A DNA stretch of 64,000 nucleotides from Chiloscyllium plagiosum (GCF_004010195.1 NC_057711.1:139035949-139099948); one strand, 5' to 3'; counted from the stretch's first letter, positions 38,727-51,523 are shown. Translations and numbers: made by a program. The notes: generated by a model from the sequence alone, not told the origin.

Positions 38727-39003
38727 GGGGAGGTGGTAATCTAGTGGTATTATTGATAGATTATTAATTCAGAGACCAAGGTAATGTTCTGGGGATCCAA
38801 ATTCGAATCCTGCTGTGGCAGATGGTTAAATTTGAATTCAATAAAAACTTGTAATTAAGAGCCTAATGATGGTCATGAGTCTGTTGCCAATAGTTGGAAA
38901 AATCGATTTGTTTCACTAAACTGCATCCTCACTTGGTCTGGACTACATGTGACTCCAGACCCACAGCAAAGTGGTTCGTTGTTACCTGCAGTGGGATGGG
39001 TAA
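38727..39003 (+). mobile_element. tRNA-derived SINE with an RTE-X-like 3' tail
   Basis: ttcgaatcc B box; core ggtctggactacatgtgactccagacccacagc; tail gggatggg.aat matches the LINE end at 62180. Confidence 0.7.
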
Positions 39004-39014
39004 TAGATTGACAT

Positions 39015-39485
39015 GGGGAGAATGTGCAAACTCCACACAGACAGACAGTCATGGTGGCGCAGTGGTTGGTACTACTGCCGCACAGCACTAGGAACTCAGG
39101 TTCAATCCCCACCTCAGATGACTGTTCCAACTCCACACTGAAATTCTCCCTGTGTCTGTGTGGGTTTCCTTTGGGTGCTCTGGTTTCCTCCCACAGTTTA
39201 AAGATGTGCAAGTTGGGTTGACTGGCCATGCTAAATTGCCCATAGTGTCCAGGGATGAGCAGGACGGGTGAATTAGCGATGGGAAATGCAGAGTTACAGG
39301 GATTGGGTGGGGGCCTGGGTTTGGGTCTGGGCAGGATGCCCTTTCAAGGGTTGTTGCAGACTCGATTGGTTGAATGACCTTTGTTTGCACTGTACAGATT
39401 CCATCAGCCATCCAAGGCTAGAACCAAACCTAGTTCCTGGCACTGTGAAGCAGCAGTGCTCACCACTGAGCCACCGTGCCACTCC
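39015..39485. mobile_element. HE1 SINE (+, 39046-39402) inserted into an HE1 SINE (-, 39015-39045 and 39403-39485)
   Basis: Minus-strand SINE breaks at ctccacacagacag and resumes at cagccatccaaggct. Confidence 0.8.
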
Positions 39486-39512
39486 AAAGTCATTTTGTGA
39501 CTTGTCTAAAAT

Positions 39513-39724
39513 AAAACATAGAACTGCAGATGCTGTAAATCTGAAACAAAAGCAGAAATTGCTGGAGAAGCTCAGAAGGTCTGGCAGTATCTGTGGAGAG
39601 AGGAACAGAGTTAATATTTTGGGTCCAATGACCCTTTAGTGGAACAGCTGAAATATTAACTCTGTTATCTCTCCCCAACAATGCTGCCAGACCTGCTGAG
39701 TTCTTCCAGCAATTTCTACTTTGG
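39513..39724. mobile_element. Penelope-like pLTR fold-back element, family B
   Basis: Inverted arms 39513-39637 / 39649-39724; hammerhead region truncated at the centre. Confidence 0.8.
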
Positions 39725-40699
39725 CCTGAACAGCCAGACATACAGACTCTACTACAATGAGAGGTATCGCCGGCAGATTTGAGCAAACACAATGATGCTA
39801 GGTTTTGATTGTTCTGCGCTGGAGATTTATCATTATGTTGATTGTATGCATTCAAGGGAACTGCCAGTTTGTCCAACTGAGGATGGATAAAAAGGAAAGA
39901 ACTAGCAATGAGTTACAGAAAAGTTTTAAAATTACAAATGTAGAATTATTATGCAAATCATTTCAGTGTTTGTTTAATGTTGTCAGGGTTTTGTCTGCGT
40001 TTCAAGTATTCTTACCAATCAGGAATTGTCTGAGTGAGGCTTCCCTTATAAAGTGAGGCTGCAAAAAAAAAATCACATGGATCTGAGGTAGGAAGGAAGC
40101 AGACGGAAAACAAAGAGAAAAAAATTAGCAGGAAGCAGAGTGGGATTGACTGTATTTAATGAGAGGCGATAGATCCTTGGACTGACTGAAATCCGGCAAG
40201 AATATCTGGGTGATAAATGCACTTTAATTCACTGTCTAAGTTGACTTCAGCAATCTAACTATGGCTGCTTCATATTCTACATACTGCAGGAGAACATAAG
40301 CTGGAAGGGCCATTATTAAAATTAGTTTGGTTGCCAACAGTTTAGATAAGCTGCCAAATAGACAGCATGACGCCTCTGAGTTGCATGTACAGAAAGCACA
40401 ACAACCCCTGCACTGGGGAGAATAACTGGCCTCTGTGCCAGCAAAACCTAAAGGCCATACAATTTATTACCCACTCGTGTTCATTGCATAGATTTTCTCC
40501 ACTTCTGATTTCATTTTAGAACAAGTTTTACAATTTGAGAAAAATCATGCTTTCTTCAGCAGTCTTTGACAGCTTTTGAATTTGGTGCATGGATCCTGGT
40601 CACAAACTAAAAACAGATGGAATAGCTTAGACAAAGGCACTGGTTGGAAGTGTCACTACAGTGCTTTCTGATCTGAAGCAAGTCCAGTCGTTTCCCTTT

Positions 40700-41147
40700 G
40701 AACATTAAGGACCCTGGGAGAAAGCATCCATTCAGCATTCCTGATGAACACAGCCCAGTCCATCGCATAAGCCAATTTTCCATCCATTGGCTCCATCTAC
40801 GGTTCCCATTGCCATGGAGAGGCAACCAACATCACCAAAGACCCCTCCCATCCCAGTTATAATCTCTTCCAACCTCTTCCATCAAGCAGAAGATACAAAA
40901 GCTTAAACACATGTACCAACAGGTTAAAGAACAGCTTCTTCCTGCTAGACTTCTGAATGGAGCTCTCAAATGTAAAATCTAATGTTGATATTTCTTTTAG
41001 TGCATCTTCTTTGCAGCCGTAACTTTGTATTCCTCACTCTGTTATATCACCCTATGATCTTTGTATGGTATGGTCGGCCTGTACTGCACACAAAACAAAA
41101 CTTTTCACTGTAGTTCATGCATGTGACAATAACAAATCAAATCAAAG
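40700..41147 (+). mobile_element. Rex1/Babar-clade LINE 3' end
   Basis: Encodes ITKDPSHPSYNLFQPLPSSRRYKSLNTCTNRLKNSFF, the typical Rex1/Babar C-terminus; (aaatc)n tail. Confidence 0.8.
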
Positions 41148-41379
41148 TGCTAAATTTGAAAAGATTAAGTCGTAGCTTTGTGTCCCTGGAAAGGCACCTT
41201 CTTCCATCACTCAGTCATCTCATGTTGATATATTTTCATGAAATCCCTTGAATTAAGACTGGGTAAGATTAGATTTATGCCATTAATCGTTACAGCAATC
41301 CCACTACTCTTCCAACTGAAGATATAAAATGACGTGTGTAGCCAGTGGGAAAATGAGAATCTTTCTTTCCCTTTTCCAG

Positions 41380-41536
41380 AATGACCTTCTACCTGTAGGA
41401 TTAAGGCAAAAAGATCAGACAAAAAAGGCACCCACGGGCCCATTAAATAGAGATCAGCTTCTGGAACACCTTGAGAAACAAGCGAAAGAGTGCAAAGACA
41501 GAGAGGACTTGGTTCCTTATACAGGAGAAAAGAGAG
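41380..41536 (+). CDS. TMOD1: Tropomodulin second coding exon (actin-binding site 1), NDLLPVGLRQKDQTKKAPTGPLNRDQLLEHLEKQAKECKDREDLVPYTGEKR(G)
   Basis: Polypyrimidine tract ctttctttcccttttccag|AAT; 157 nt, phase 0 to phase 1; donor G|gtaagt at 41537. Close to mammalian TMOD1 NALLPAGLRQKDQTTKAPTGPFKREELLDHLEKQAKEFKDREDLVPYTGEKRG. Confidence 0.95.
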
Positions 41537-42399
41537 GTAAGTGATAGTTTATGCCATTACAATATTTTCAAACCCTGTTTCTAAGTTAACTGTGAGTGAT
41601 TGGTCAACCAGATTATTCTAGGGCTATGTGCTAATATTAATCAGTAGCTTACTTTGTATCCGGTACAAATCAAGGCGCGAAATGAAGGGCTACTCCTATC
41701 TCTCATGTTCCGTTTTCATCAACTTCTCACTCTGTATATTTGAGGGCATGCTTCACACTTATTCAGATCCAGCTGAGACAAGCTTTAGGATTCCAGTAAT
41801 AACAACAGAAATATTCAACAGAATCGGCACATGGTTAATGTTTCGGATCAATGTTCTTTCATCAGGACATGCTCCATAAATGTGCACAACTGTCCAGATT
41901 CTGGACCTCTCCTTCCTCCTCAGCATCCTTAGGGGTCTTCAGCTTCAACTTCTTGATCCAGGGGCTATTCAGGAGGAGCTCAGGGTTGGTGCTAGTCCTG
42001 AACTTGCTGGCACATTTGTTCCTCCTTAAATTCTCTGACCCTTGCTGTACCATGGCCTCAGTGACAGTACCCCCTGCTGTGGCTGGATTCATTGGTCACA
42101 GTTCCAATAACCTGGTTGGGAAATATCAGAAACTGAGCAGGCCCTCAGTAATATGATAAGTCAGTGTTCACATCACACTCAAATAAGAGTTCAGCATTGT
42201 CCTCCATTCAGTGGGACATGGAGGGCTCTGACAAGGAGGAATGACTTGACATGGCCCTTTGACATAGGAACCTTATTCCAATGAATGCAGCACATTTTGA
42301 GGTCATGCTGCCATGCCACACAAACACAGGAGGAGATTAGGATTGGGGTACGATTACTGAAATCTTGGCCCCACCCACCCCTTCTCACAGACCACCCAA

Positions 42400-44280
42400 G
42401 AAAGGCAGCATTGCATATAACAGCACTCGGTAAATGCTTACAGATCAAGGTGAGAGATAAGCACGTCCATAGCCATGTATGGCAGTTGGATTCTTGGATT
42501 GCCTTTGTGAATTGTGGTCCCCAGGACACAATTTTAAGGTCAGCTGTGATTAGTTCTGCTGCACAAAGATGACGTCTTTAATCTGCAATGATCAACGACA
42601 TGGTCAAGATAATTTTTGACCATGATATATACCCTGCACAGATAGACAGTGCATCTGTTTCTCGTGCAGGATTCTATGATTACTGATGATGTCACCCTGT
42701 ACTGTGCAAGTGTCTGATTAATGCAACTGGCCTTTGAAGGGGCTTCACCTCCCTCAAAAATAGAATCCCACGTGCTCAGACAGAAAACAAAAACTCTTTG
42801 TTTGCTCACTCTAGGTTTGGTTGCGGCCATTTTCCACTTCCATTGCCTGTTAATGATTTGGATGAGAATGGAGGCCAATACATCACTGATTGGTCACTGG
42901 GTGATAATCTAGGTGACCCCACCAAACCTTCACGTTCCTTTCTTCCTTGTACTTTCTGTTGACCCGATAGTCATACAGCACAGAAACAGACCCCCTCAGT
43001 CCAACCAGTCCATGCCGACTATAATCCCAAACTAAGCTAGTCCCACCTGCCTGCACTTGGCCCATATCCCTCCAAACCTTTCTCATTCATGTACTTATCT
43101 AAATGCCTTTTAAACATTGCAACTGTACCCACGTCCACCCCTTCCTCAGGAAGTTCATTCACAAACCACTCTCTGTGTAAAAAGGTTGCCCCTCGTGTAT
43201 TTTTAAATTCTTTCTTCTCTCACCTTTAAAAACATGCCCTCTAGTCTTAAAATCCTCCATGGTTGGGAATTGACCTTATCTATGCTCCTCATGATTTTAT
43301 AAATCTCTATAAGGTCACCCCTCAACTTCCTAAGCGCCAGTGAATAAAGTCCCAGCCTTTCCAAGCTCTCTTTATAATCCATACCCTTTGGTCACAGTAA
43401 TATCCTGGTAACTCTTTTCTTTTCTGGTTCCGAGCTTCTACACAACTCTTTCCTGTGTGTCTTCATCTCCTAACATTATCTGCCTGATCTCCAGTCCTAC
43501 TAGATATATCAATGATTGTAGTGCAGTGTACCCTAATCAAAGCCAGGGTGATGGAGACCTTTGATCACACTCCTGTCCCCACACTAACCCATGTCCTCCA
43601 ATGCATTATTGTCTCCCACCTTTGTATGTTGAGTTTCCTCCTGTCACAATTATCATCTCCTTTGCATCACAGAATGGTGCCTCCAAATCCCATTGATTTC
43701 TCCAGCTTCCTAACCACAGCACTAGCCTGATAAACTAGCTTGACTTTCAGGATGAGCTGTCTAGCTTTGTGTCTGTGCTATAAAACGCGGCAAGACAGAA
43801 CTCCTGTGAACTTTCAAACACAACAAGGTGAGGCGAGGATGGTGTGAGTATCCAAGTGAGCGCAAAGTTGATGAGCACTCAGTGACTGAGATAGACCCTG
43901 CTCTGATGCATGAAATGGGTCCCTGGCACTGTGCACTAAACAACCAGGCAGCAACATTACAATGTAAGGGGTTGGTGTTCTCCAAAGTGCAACTTTGATG
44001 TGGAGAACGTCAGAAGTGTGCCATGATGTGGCCAGGCCATTGGGATTCTGATGCCAACCTTGGTGCCCAGGGGCGGGTGCAGGCACCACTGCTGTGGAGT
44101 GTACTCTGAGATGTGGGTGACTGCAAATCAAGACAGAGATCCTCCACAGGAACAAGAAACCAGCTGAAACTGCCAACTGCCCACTCTGCCTTTCATGTCA
44201 GGATATGCCACCATCTAGATTCTCTGTTGTACGTGGGAGAATAGCAAACTGCATGTCAGTGAGGTGAAATCAGGCAGTAA
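42400..44280 (-). mobile_element. Possible very decayed PIF/Harbinger transposase remnant (interrupted by CR1)
   Basis: NPLHCNVAAWLFSAQCQGPISCIRAGSIS weakly resembles the Harbinger HTH motif (..VALNFYASGSFQ...GD.CGISQ); locally higher GC. By-eye similarity only. Confidence 0.3.
42965..43420 (-). mobile_element. CR1 3' fragment
   Basis: Reverse complement of the CR1 tail and of the LRGDLIEIYKIMR motif. Confidence 0.9.
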
Positions 44281-44289
44281 TGCGATGTT

Positions 44290-44875
44290 TTTATATTCAT
44301 TTGAGGGATGTGGGCATCACTGGCTGGGCAAGCATTTATTGCCTGACCCTAGTTGTCTTTGAGAAGGTGGTGGTGAGCTGCTTTCTTGAACCGCTGCAGT
44401 CCACCTCCTGTGGGTTGAGCCACACTGCCATTACAGAGGGAATTCTAGGATTTTGACTCAGCGACAGCAAAGGAACAGCCAATACATTTCCAAGTCAGGA
44501 TGATGCATGGCTTGGAGGGGAACTTGCAGGGGATGACATTCCCATGTCTTTGCTACCCTTGTTCTTCTAGATGGAAGTGGTCATGGGTTTGGAAGGTGCT
44601 GTCTGAGGATCTTTGGTGAATTTCTGCAGGGCATCTTGTAGATAGTACACGCTGCTGCTACTGAGCATTGGTGATGGAGGGAGTGGATGCTTGTGGATGT
44701 GGTGTCAATCAAGCAGGCTACTTTGTCCTGGTTGGTGTCAAGCTCCTTGAGTGTTGTTGGAGCTGCACCCATTCAGGCAATGGGGAGTATTCCATCACAC
44801 TCTGGACTTGCCCCTTGTAGATGATGGACAGGCTTTGGTGAGTCAGGAGGTGAGTAACTCGTGTAGTATTCCTAG
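44290..44875 (-). mobile_element. RTE-X-like LINE 3' end
   Basis: MGAAPTTLKELDTNQDKVACLI...HSLHHQCSVAAACTIYKM; ends in aataaatgct...gatgcccacatccc. Confidence 0.85.
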
Positions 44876-46869
44876 GAAGCTCCCATTCCTATTTCTTAAA
44901 ATGCACACAAACGTGACTCTTGCTACTTACTTTTTTCCTTGATCCTTACCTTGCTATTCAAACCTTAGGTGGCAACGGACTTTTTCTCTCAATATTGAGA
45001 ATCTCATTTTTCTGATCTTGGTACATTATTTTTCCCAGGTACACACATCGTTCAGGCACTGAGAAACATCAGCCCCTGATGTATATTTCTTCCACTAATC
45101 GCAGTATTCCCTGGAGTATTTCCAAATCTTCCTCATTCCCATTTGTACATGAGTGCCTGTCTGGTTCTTGCAATTGTGAGCGATCATTGAAATCAAATGG
45201 GGCTTAACAGTAACAAGGCACATGCAAATGAGTGTGCAAGACAGTTCAAGATCTGAAAGTAAAACTAAGAGATGACATGACCGATCTCTCTTCTGAAGTC
45301 TGCATACTTCCATTTCAGTTTGACAGAACAGGATACTGTAAATCTGAAATAAAACCTTTTGTTCAGTGTAATATCTAAATGTAAGTTAAAGGCAATGTTC
45401 TAACCTGGGTTTTGATCACATGCTCAAGGTTCTCAATCTAGGTCTTTGGATTATCCCAGGATGGTAGTGAAGTGACTGTGATATTGCACTAGAAATTCAC
45501 TTCTCTTCAGTCCGAGTGTCTGGTCACCTGCTATTTGAATTTCCCATCTTGTTCCCACACACTGAGCTCTCTGCCATCAGGCTCCGACAGTATTCCAGTG
45601 AAGCTCAATATAGGCTCAAGGATATTTTACAGTCCCGGTTCAGGCTTCAGTTCGACAACTTCGAACTGTAACCTTTGCCCCGTAATCCATATTCCATATT
45701 CGGTGAACTTTCACAAGAAAATTCAAGCCTTTTGGCAGCACAAGCTTTGAGCTGATTCCATACCTCATAAGGATGACAATCTATTTGGCCCCTTTATCAG
45801 ACTAAAAAGGAGTTACTTTACCTTTAAATACAAAACTCCCATAATATTTTATGTTGTAATTTCTACCCACTGTGAACACACCGGGTGGCATTCATTTGTC
45901 ATATGCTTCACCCACTGTATTGTTATAACATACTGTGATAGTGCCGTTATTCCCAGGGTCGTTACAGAAAAGATTTTGTTAAACCATCCAATTCACTTGA
46001 CTGACACTCTCTGGTCCAAACAGTATACACCAACAGTTTATAGAAAAAAAAGAAAACTGGTATGAACAAATTGTCTTCAACCAATGATAACAAAGAAATA
46101 TAAATTACTAACTCAAACTGTATGATTTGAACCCTTCTTAACTATCCAGAAACACACACACACACAGACAGACTGAATGTAAAGACATGGATTTTCAAGA
46201 TTGAAAAGAGACAGGTAAAATGCAGTTTGATAGTGTTAATATGGAGGACAGCACTTGATGAGTGGTTTGAGTTTAATATCTTCCAGTTTTCTTTGATCTC
46301 TTTGCAGTTCCTTGCTGACAATGCAAGGTTGTTTACCCCAAAGTTCAGTCTTTCAGTTACTGGTTCAGAACCGATCCTACGAATATCCTGCAAGGATCTT
46401 TTTCTGTTCCTTTGGCAGAGCTATGGAAAATAAGTGTGAGAGCAATTAGCAGGAGTTAGATTTGCTGGAACCTTTCACACAGAGAAGGGAGAGGAGCTCT
46501 CTTGATGCTTTTTCCTTCAGACGTTAGTCTGTCTCTGTTGCTCTTGCTTACACACAGAACGGATGTTGTTGTTAAGTGTAATTGTCTCACATCCACTCCA
46601 AATGGTCCATGGGTAAACCAACAAATCACTGGACAGCATTGGCCCTGAATGCAAAGAAATGGAGATAATTAGTCTGGATTTGATACCTTTACACAGTAAC
46701 AGAATTTCTCATTAGCTCCACCAGCTTTGCAATCTACAAACAGCTCCAGTAAACATGATTTTTAAAACCAGACATTTTCTATACAGTCTCTTTGATTCAA
46801 AGCAATATTTTTCTAGTTTTAGACCACAGTCAAATATAAATAATTATAAAAAGATCTAGTCTTTACAGT

Positions 46870-48095
46870 GCAACATTTTCTGGACAAGCACTAGACACGT
46901 CCATGGAAACCATCATCGTAGCTCTTGGCTCCCAACAGTTGGCTTTCACATGGCCTGTCTTATGACAACAGTATCAAGTTGGTGTTCTTGATACTGTCTT
47001 TTATACTAATCTGAGAACTATCTGTCTTTTCATTTCTGCCAACCCCATTTGCATTCTGTTCACTATCATAGTCACTTTCTATCCAGTTTCTGTCTGTATT
47101 TGCACACAATGGTTTACAAACCTCAATGTGTTTTATAGGTGGGATCTGACTCCTGAATGAATACTGTTTGTAAATTGTTTCAATGACAACACTTCTGAAA
47201 GGTTTTCAAAATCTTGACAAACTTCATTCCTCTTATTATCAAGCGAACACCACTTCTTTATCTCTAGCAAATTCCTCAGAAACCCAGTTCTGACTCTTCC
47301 TCAGCTTTCTACGTTTTTGCCTTTAAACTTCTAGGAATAATTAGAATTCATGAAGCACAGCTGTCTCAACAGTATCATAGCCTTCAGACTGTTCATTAGA
47401 AAGAGTCAAACAAACTTCCATTGCTTTTCCCACCAAAACACTTTGGAATAGAATTGTCCAAATTTCTCGTGGTCTCTCTAACTTTGTTGGACCTTCCTCA
47501 AATTGCATGGAACACATATTTACGTTTTCACTACATTTAGCCACGAGGCAAATACTCCTTAACAAATCTGCCTGTTACTCTTGGTCCATGTAATTAAAGT
47601 GTTTTATTATTGAGTTCAAATTCCTTGGTTTTCTTTTCTCTGCAGCTCTAATTGAAGGTTTTGCATTTCGCTTTCTCTTCCTTTCTTTCCAGTTCAAGTT
47701 TCTACTTTATTTCTATCTAACTTCCTTCATTTGAACTGAATCTGAGACAGCTCAGTTTGCATTTTGTCAGGATTGCCATTCCTTTCTTTGAGGTTCAAGT
47801 GCTGAGCCAACACCTTAACCATTCCTGCTTCCCTAGTGCCTATTCTTCAATCCAATTTTAACTTTTCCACCCACTTTTAGATTAACCACTGTTAACTGTT
47901 GCAATTTGGCCAAATCCTCTCCATATGACCATGAACATTCAAGGAAAACTTTAGCAAAGGCATAGGCATTTCAACATTACTATGAATACAGCAAAAGTTA
48001 CTCTGAAAGCTTGTTCATTTAAACTCCTGTAAAACCAGAGCACTCATCTTAGTCTTGAATTGAATATCCTGCAACAGCCTCCCCAGTTTGTTACA
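46870..48095 (-). mobile_element. Decayed Gypsy LTR-retrotransposon 5' region (LTR edge, PBS, gag)
   Basis: Minus ORF LERPREIWTILFQSVLVGKAMEV...GYDTVETAVL is a fish-type Gypsy gag motif; minus strand tgtaaca-aactggggaggctgttgcaggat (48095 to 48066) resembles an LTR end plus a degenerate tRNA-Pro PBS. Confidence 0.7.
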
Positions 48096-49020
48096 ATTCC
48101 CATTATGATCAATAATTTTTAGAAAGGAATTCAAAGTTTTCAGTTAATAGTTGAATGGATGATGCAACAAAATTCAAGATGTAGACTGATGAATAAAGTG
48201 AAAGCACTGTACCATAAATGTCATTTTTGTTGGCAATATATACTTTAAACTACAGCATAGATCTTAATACACAACTCAAAAAGAAAGCTGTCATGTATAT
48301 GTTGCAATGTCCTGAAAGCATGCCTTGAATTCTCCTAAATGATTCCTCCGAAATGATTTTTAAGTTTCAAGGTTTACTTCTGTTCTTTTCAACTCTTATC
48401 CTGATTAAGTGTAACCCAGAACAGTGTGAGTATTATTTGAGATCCTTTGCATATGCAAAGTCAATGTTACAGCTTTATTTTAATGCCTCTTGAAGTTGTT
48501 CTTTTCAATCTTTGCATAAAGTTTCACATGCATTCCAGCGCAGTGAACCTGTCACATTTCTAGTCTTTAGCAACTCTTTTTCCAAACTCTGGCAGACTAA
48601 CTGTATCTGAACTTTTTCAGGGATACCTTAGAAATTTTCATCTCTGAAAACACCTCCATGGCAATGTGAATCACATGGGCCTTGTATGTAGGTAAAGGTA
48701 CTGATTAGCTATTCTTAGAGAGCAATGTTCCCATCCATCAATTAATGCCAATGCAGAGCTTTCACTTGTCGAAGCTCCTGTTTCACATGGACCTCAGAGG
48801 ACCATATAGCAGCAAGAAGAATTAGAGGGAACATTGCCTGACAGTGCAACCCTGTTTTATTTTGGATGTAAATGGATTGGTTACAGCACAATTTTTACTG
48901 CCTGACTTTCTCAACACTTTTTCTAAGCTTTTGAAGATTCTCAGTCTCCAGTGTTGCCACACAAGCTACACTAAGGTTTATAATTATCGTCGGTCTCCTA
49001 AAAGATAAAGTGGGTGTTTT

Positions 49021-49122
49021 ACTGTTGTCTTTCCCCACTGTGTCTTAATGCTCACATCCTAGGAATGACTAAACAAAAGTTTAGGTTGTTGTAATGTGTA
49101 GTGAATCATCAGTGTGCCGAAT
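49021..49122 (+). repeat. 102-bp direct repeat, copy 1 (copy 2 at 50428-50529)
   Basis: 3 mismatches over 102 bp by eye. Confidence 0.95.
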
Positions 49123-49574
49123 TACTTCTACAAAGGCCCACAGACTTCTACAAATGTTTAATTGATAAGTATTATAAGTGGCTCGAAATTCTAATAAAAT
49201 GGAATGCCACTGGGCAGTAATTTAATGTGTGCCTGTTTCCCTTGATCATATTTCAAAGTTTATATCATTGCTTGGTCTGCTGTCAGTGCAGTTTTTGTTA
49301 TTTAACTGGTGGCTCCTAAAAGCAGTCTTGAAGATCCTTATCTTGAAAGGATAATTATCATGAAAGTGGGATACTTGGATGGGAGGCTTTGCAGGAGAAA
49401 AGAAACATCTTTATAACTATTTTTCAAAATGCAGCATGTTACTATAATGAAATAAAATCTTTCAGCTATAAACAATCATGAGTGTTACTCTCTAATTGAA
49501 CTCTTTACATTGTTTTCAAGTGAGACCAATTACCAAGCTTATTCCTGTTCTCCTGATCTCCCAATTTTCCTCTC

Positions 49575-49715
49575 ACTGTCTCTGTCTCTCTCTTCATTTC
49601 CTGCTCTCCCCCTCTCTCTCTGTCTCCCCCATCTATCTCTATCTCTTTCTCCGTCTCTCTCTCTCTCACACACACACACCTCTCTTCACATCCCACTCTC
49701 CCTCTCTCTCTTTGT
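49575..49715. repeat. Imperfect (CT)n/(CA)n microsatellite
   Basis: Direct reading. Confidence 0.9.
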
Positions 49716-49868
49716 CTTCCTGCTTTTGGAAGTTTTGAAAAATAAATTTCTTTGCCTTTTTTTGGAACATCTCATAACTGTCTTTCATTGATAATTCATT
49801 GGTAACTTTTCTTTCCTTAAGATCTCCTGGCTTTTTAAAGTTTAAAGTCCCTGTACAGTAATATTATT

Positions 49869-50163
49869 GGTGAGGCAATAGTATAAGAGTAATATCACTC
49901 AGTTCATCAGCCTAATACATGGGGCCATGGGTTCAAATCCCACCATTGTAGATGATGAAATGCTGTTTTTGAAATATATAGAAATTTAAAAAGTAACGTA
50001 AGCCCATGACAACCATTTAACTTCCATAAAAAAAAATCTGGTTCACCAATGTCCTTTAGGGAGGGACATCTGCTCTCCTTACTTGGTCTGGCCTACCCTT
50101 GATTTCAAACCCAGAGCAGCATGGTGGCCTCTTTGGGATCAGAATAAATGCTGACTTAGCCAG
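49869..50163 (+). mobile_element. tRNA-derived SINE (family of 38727)
   Basis: ggttcaaatccc B box; ggttcaccaatgtcctttagggagggacatctgc core; aataaatgctg tail. Confidence 0.75.
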
Positions 50164-50455
50164 TTTTCTTTTATTTCAAAATATGCTCTTTTCATAAAAA
50201 TACCTTTCTTTATATATATTAATTATATATTACGTTATATATGTAAGTCACTAAAGCAGTTTGGTTCTGTACAGTAGCATATCAAGGAAACAAACAAATA
50301 TTGGAGTTTGACTCTATCCCAACAAACCAAAGGCATCTCTTATTTTAACCAGTCTATATTTACATGCCTCTGAGGCACCAGGAACGTCTGATAACTGAAC
50401 AGACCCCCCGTGAGCAGAAGACCACAGACTGTTGTCTTTCCCCACTGTGCCTTAA
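50164..50455 (-). mobile_element. Tx1/L1-type LINE 3' end
   Basis: Minus strand KAQWGKTTV-like terminus, then a 3'UTR and an A-rich tail (T-run at 50164). Confidence 0.55.
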
Positions 50456-50529
50456 TGCTCACATCCTAGGAACGACTAAACAAAAGTGTAGGTTGTTGTA
50501 ATGTGTAGTGAATCATCAGTGTGCCGAAT
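50428..50529 (+). repeat. 102-bp direct repeat, copy 2
   Basis: Matches 49021-49122. Confidence 0.95.
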
Positions 50530-51329
50530 GATCACCAGCCTGACATTGGCGTTAGGTCATTATTCTGTTTAGCCTGATCGAAGAGGGATTTCTGTACTGC
50601 TGATTTTGTAATGTAAGTAGTTGATTGAAAAGTTAAATATTGCTCACCTTGAGTCACCTTGTGTTCTAGTAACACTTGTTGTGATAAATTTTATCTTATA
50701 ATTGTTCTCTAGTCATAAATGACTGCTTCCCTGCCTTGACAGAAATAGCAGCAACTACATTCCATCCTCAGCTGCGTATTTATTTCTTGAAGAGATCTGC
50801 CAGCCAGTTGTCGAAAGGCGTTATATTGCACATTACTCCAACTGAGTTTCATTATAACCAGCAACCAACCAACCAATCCTGTCCCCCCCCCCACTTCTTC
50901 TATTCTCAAGTTACTCAAATTTTCCTGGTAATTGACGTAACATTGTGCTAAATTTAATCTCAGAGTTGAATTTTCATGTTTGTCAATTAGAAATCACAAA
51001 TCCCTAAATTAGAAATCCCTTCCATTCTCCCACCTTGATAGTTCTTCCCCCTACCAGGGCCCTTACACTTGCACCCAGTCCCAAAGGCTTTGGTCTGTCT
51101 GATATTAAGACTGAATACATCAGATTCATTTTAGTCTCACTTTCTTCTGCCAAAACAATCCACTGCTCCGGGATTATCTGCAGAGCAAAGATAAACTCCC
51201 GCTCGCTTGCTCCACTGTCAAATATTTTTTTAAACCCCTACCATTCCTCCTCCATTAACAAGGAGTGGACTGAACATGTGGGTTTTATTGCCATTAAGAA
51301 TGACTCCATTTACTCAACTGTCTCTGCTG

Positions 51330-51523
51330 CTTAGGCAAAAGTGAGGACTGCAGATGCTGGAAACCAGAGTTTAGATCAGAGTGGTGCTGGAAAAGCACAG
51401 CAGGTCAGGCAGCATCCGCGGAGCAGGAAAATGGACTTTTTGGGCAAAAGCCCTTCATCAGGAATAGAACCTCTATGCGGCCTGACCTGCTGTGCTTTTC
51501 CAACACCACACTGATCTAAACTC
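51330..51523. mobile_element. Penelope pLTR fold-back element, family A
   Basis: 12-bp TSD ctgtctctgctg (51318-51329 / 51524-51535); inverted arms; mutated hammerhead on the minus strand. Confidence 0.85.

Noticed and set aside
41329-41379. In-frame upstream ATGs (MTCVASGKMRIFLSLFQ) with a TATAAAA at 41323, suggesting an alternative start
   Set aside because: The extension is the polypyrimidine tract and acceptor of the exon, has no tropomodulin similarity, and the TATA spacing leaves no room for a 5'UTR.
49496-49791. ORFs rich in Ser/Leu or Glu/Arg
   Set aside because: Translation of a CT/CA microsatellite.
49021-50529. LTR pair of a TRIM-like element
   Set aside because: No TG...CA ends, PBS, PPT or TSD, and one copy overlaps a LINE end.
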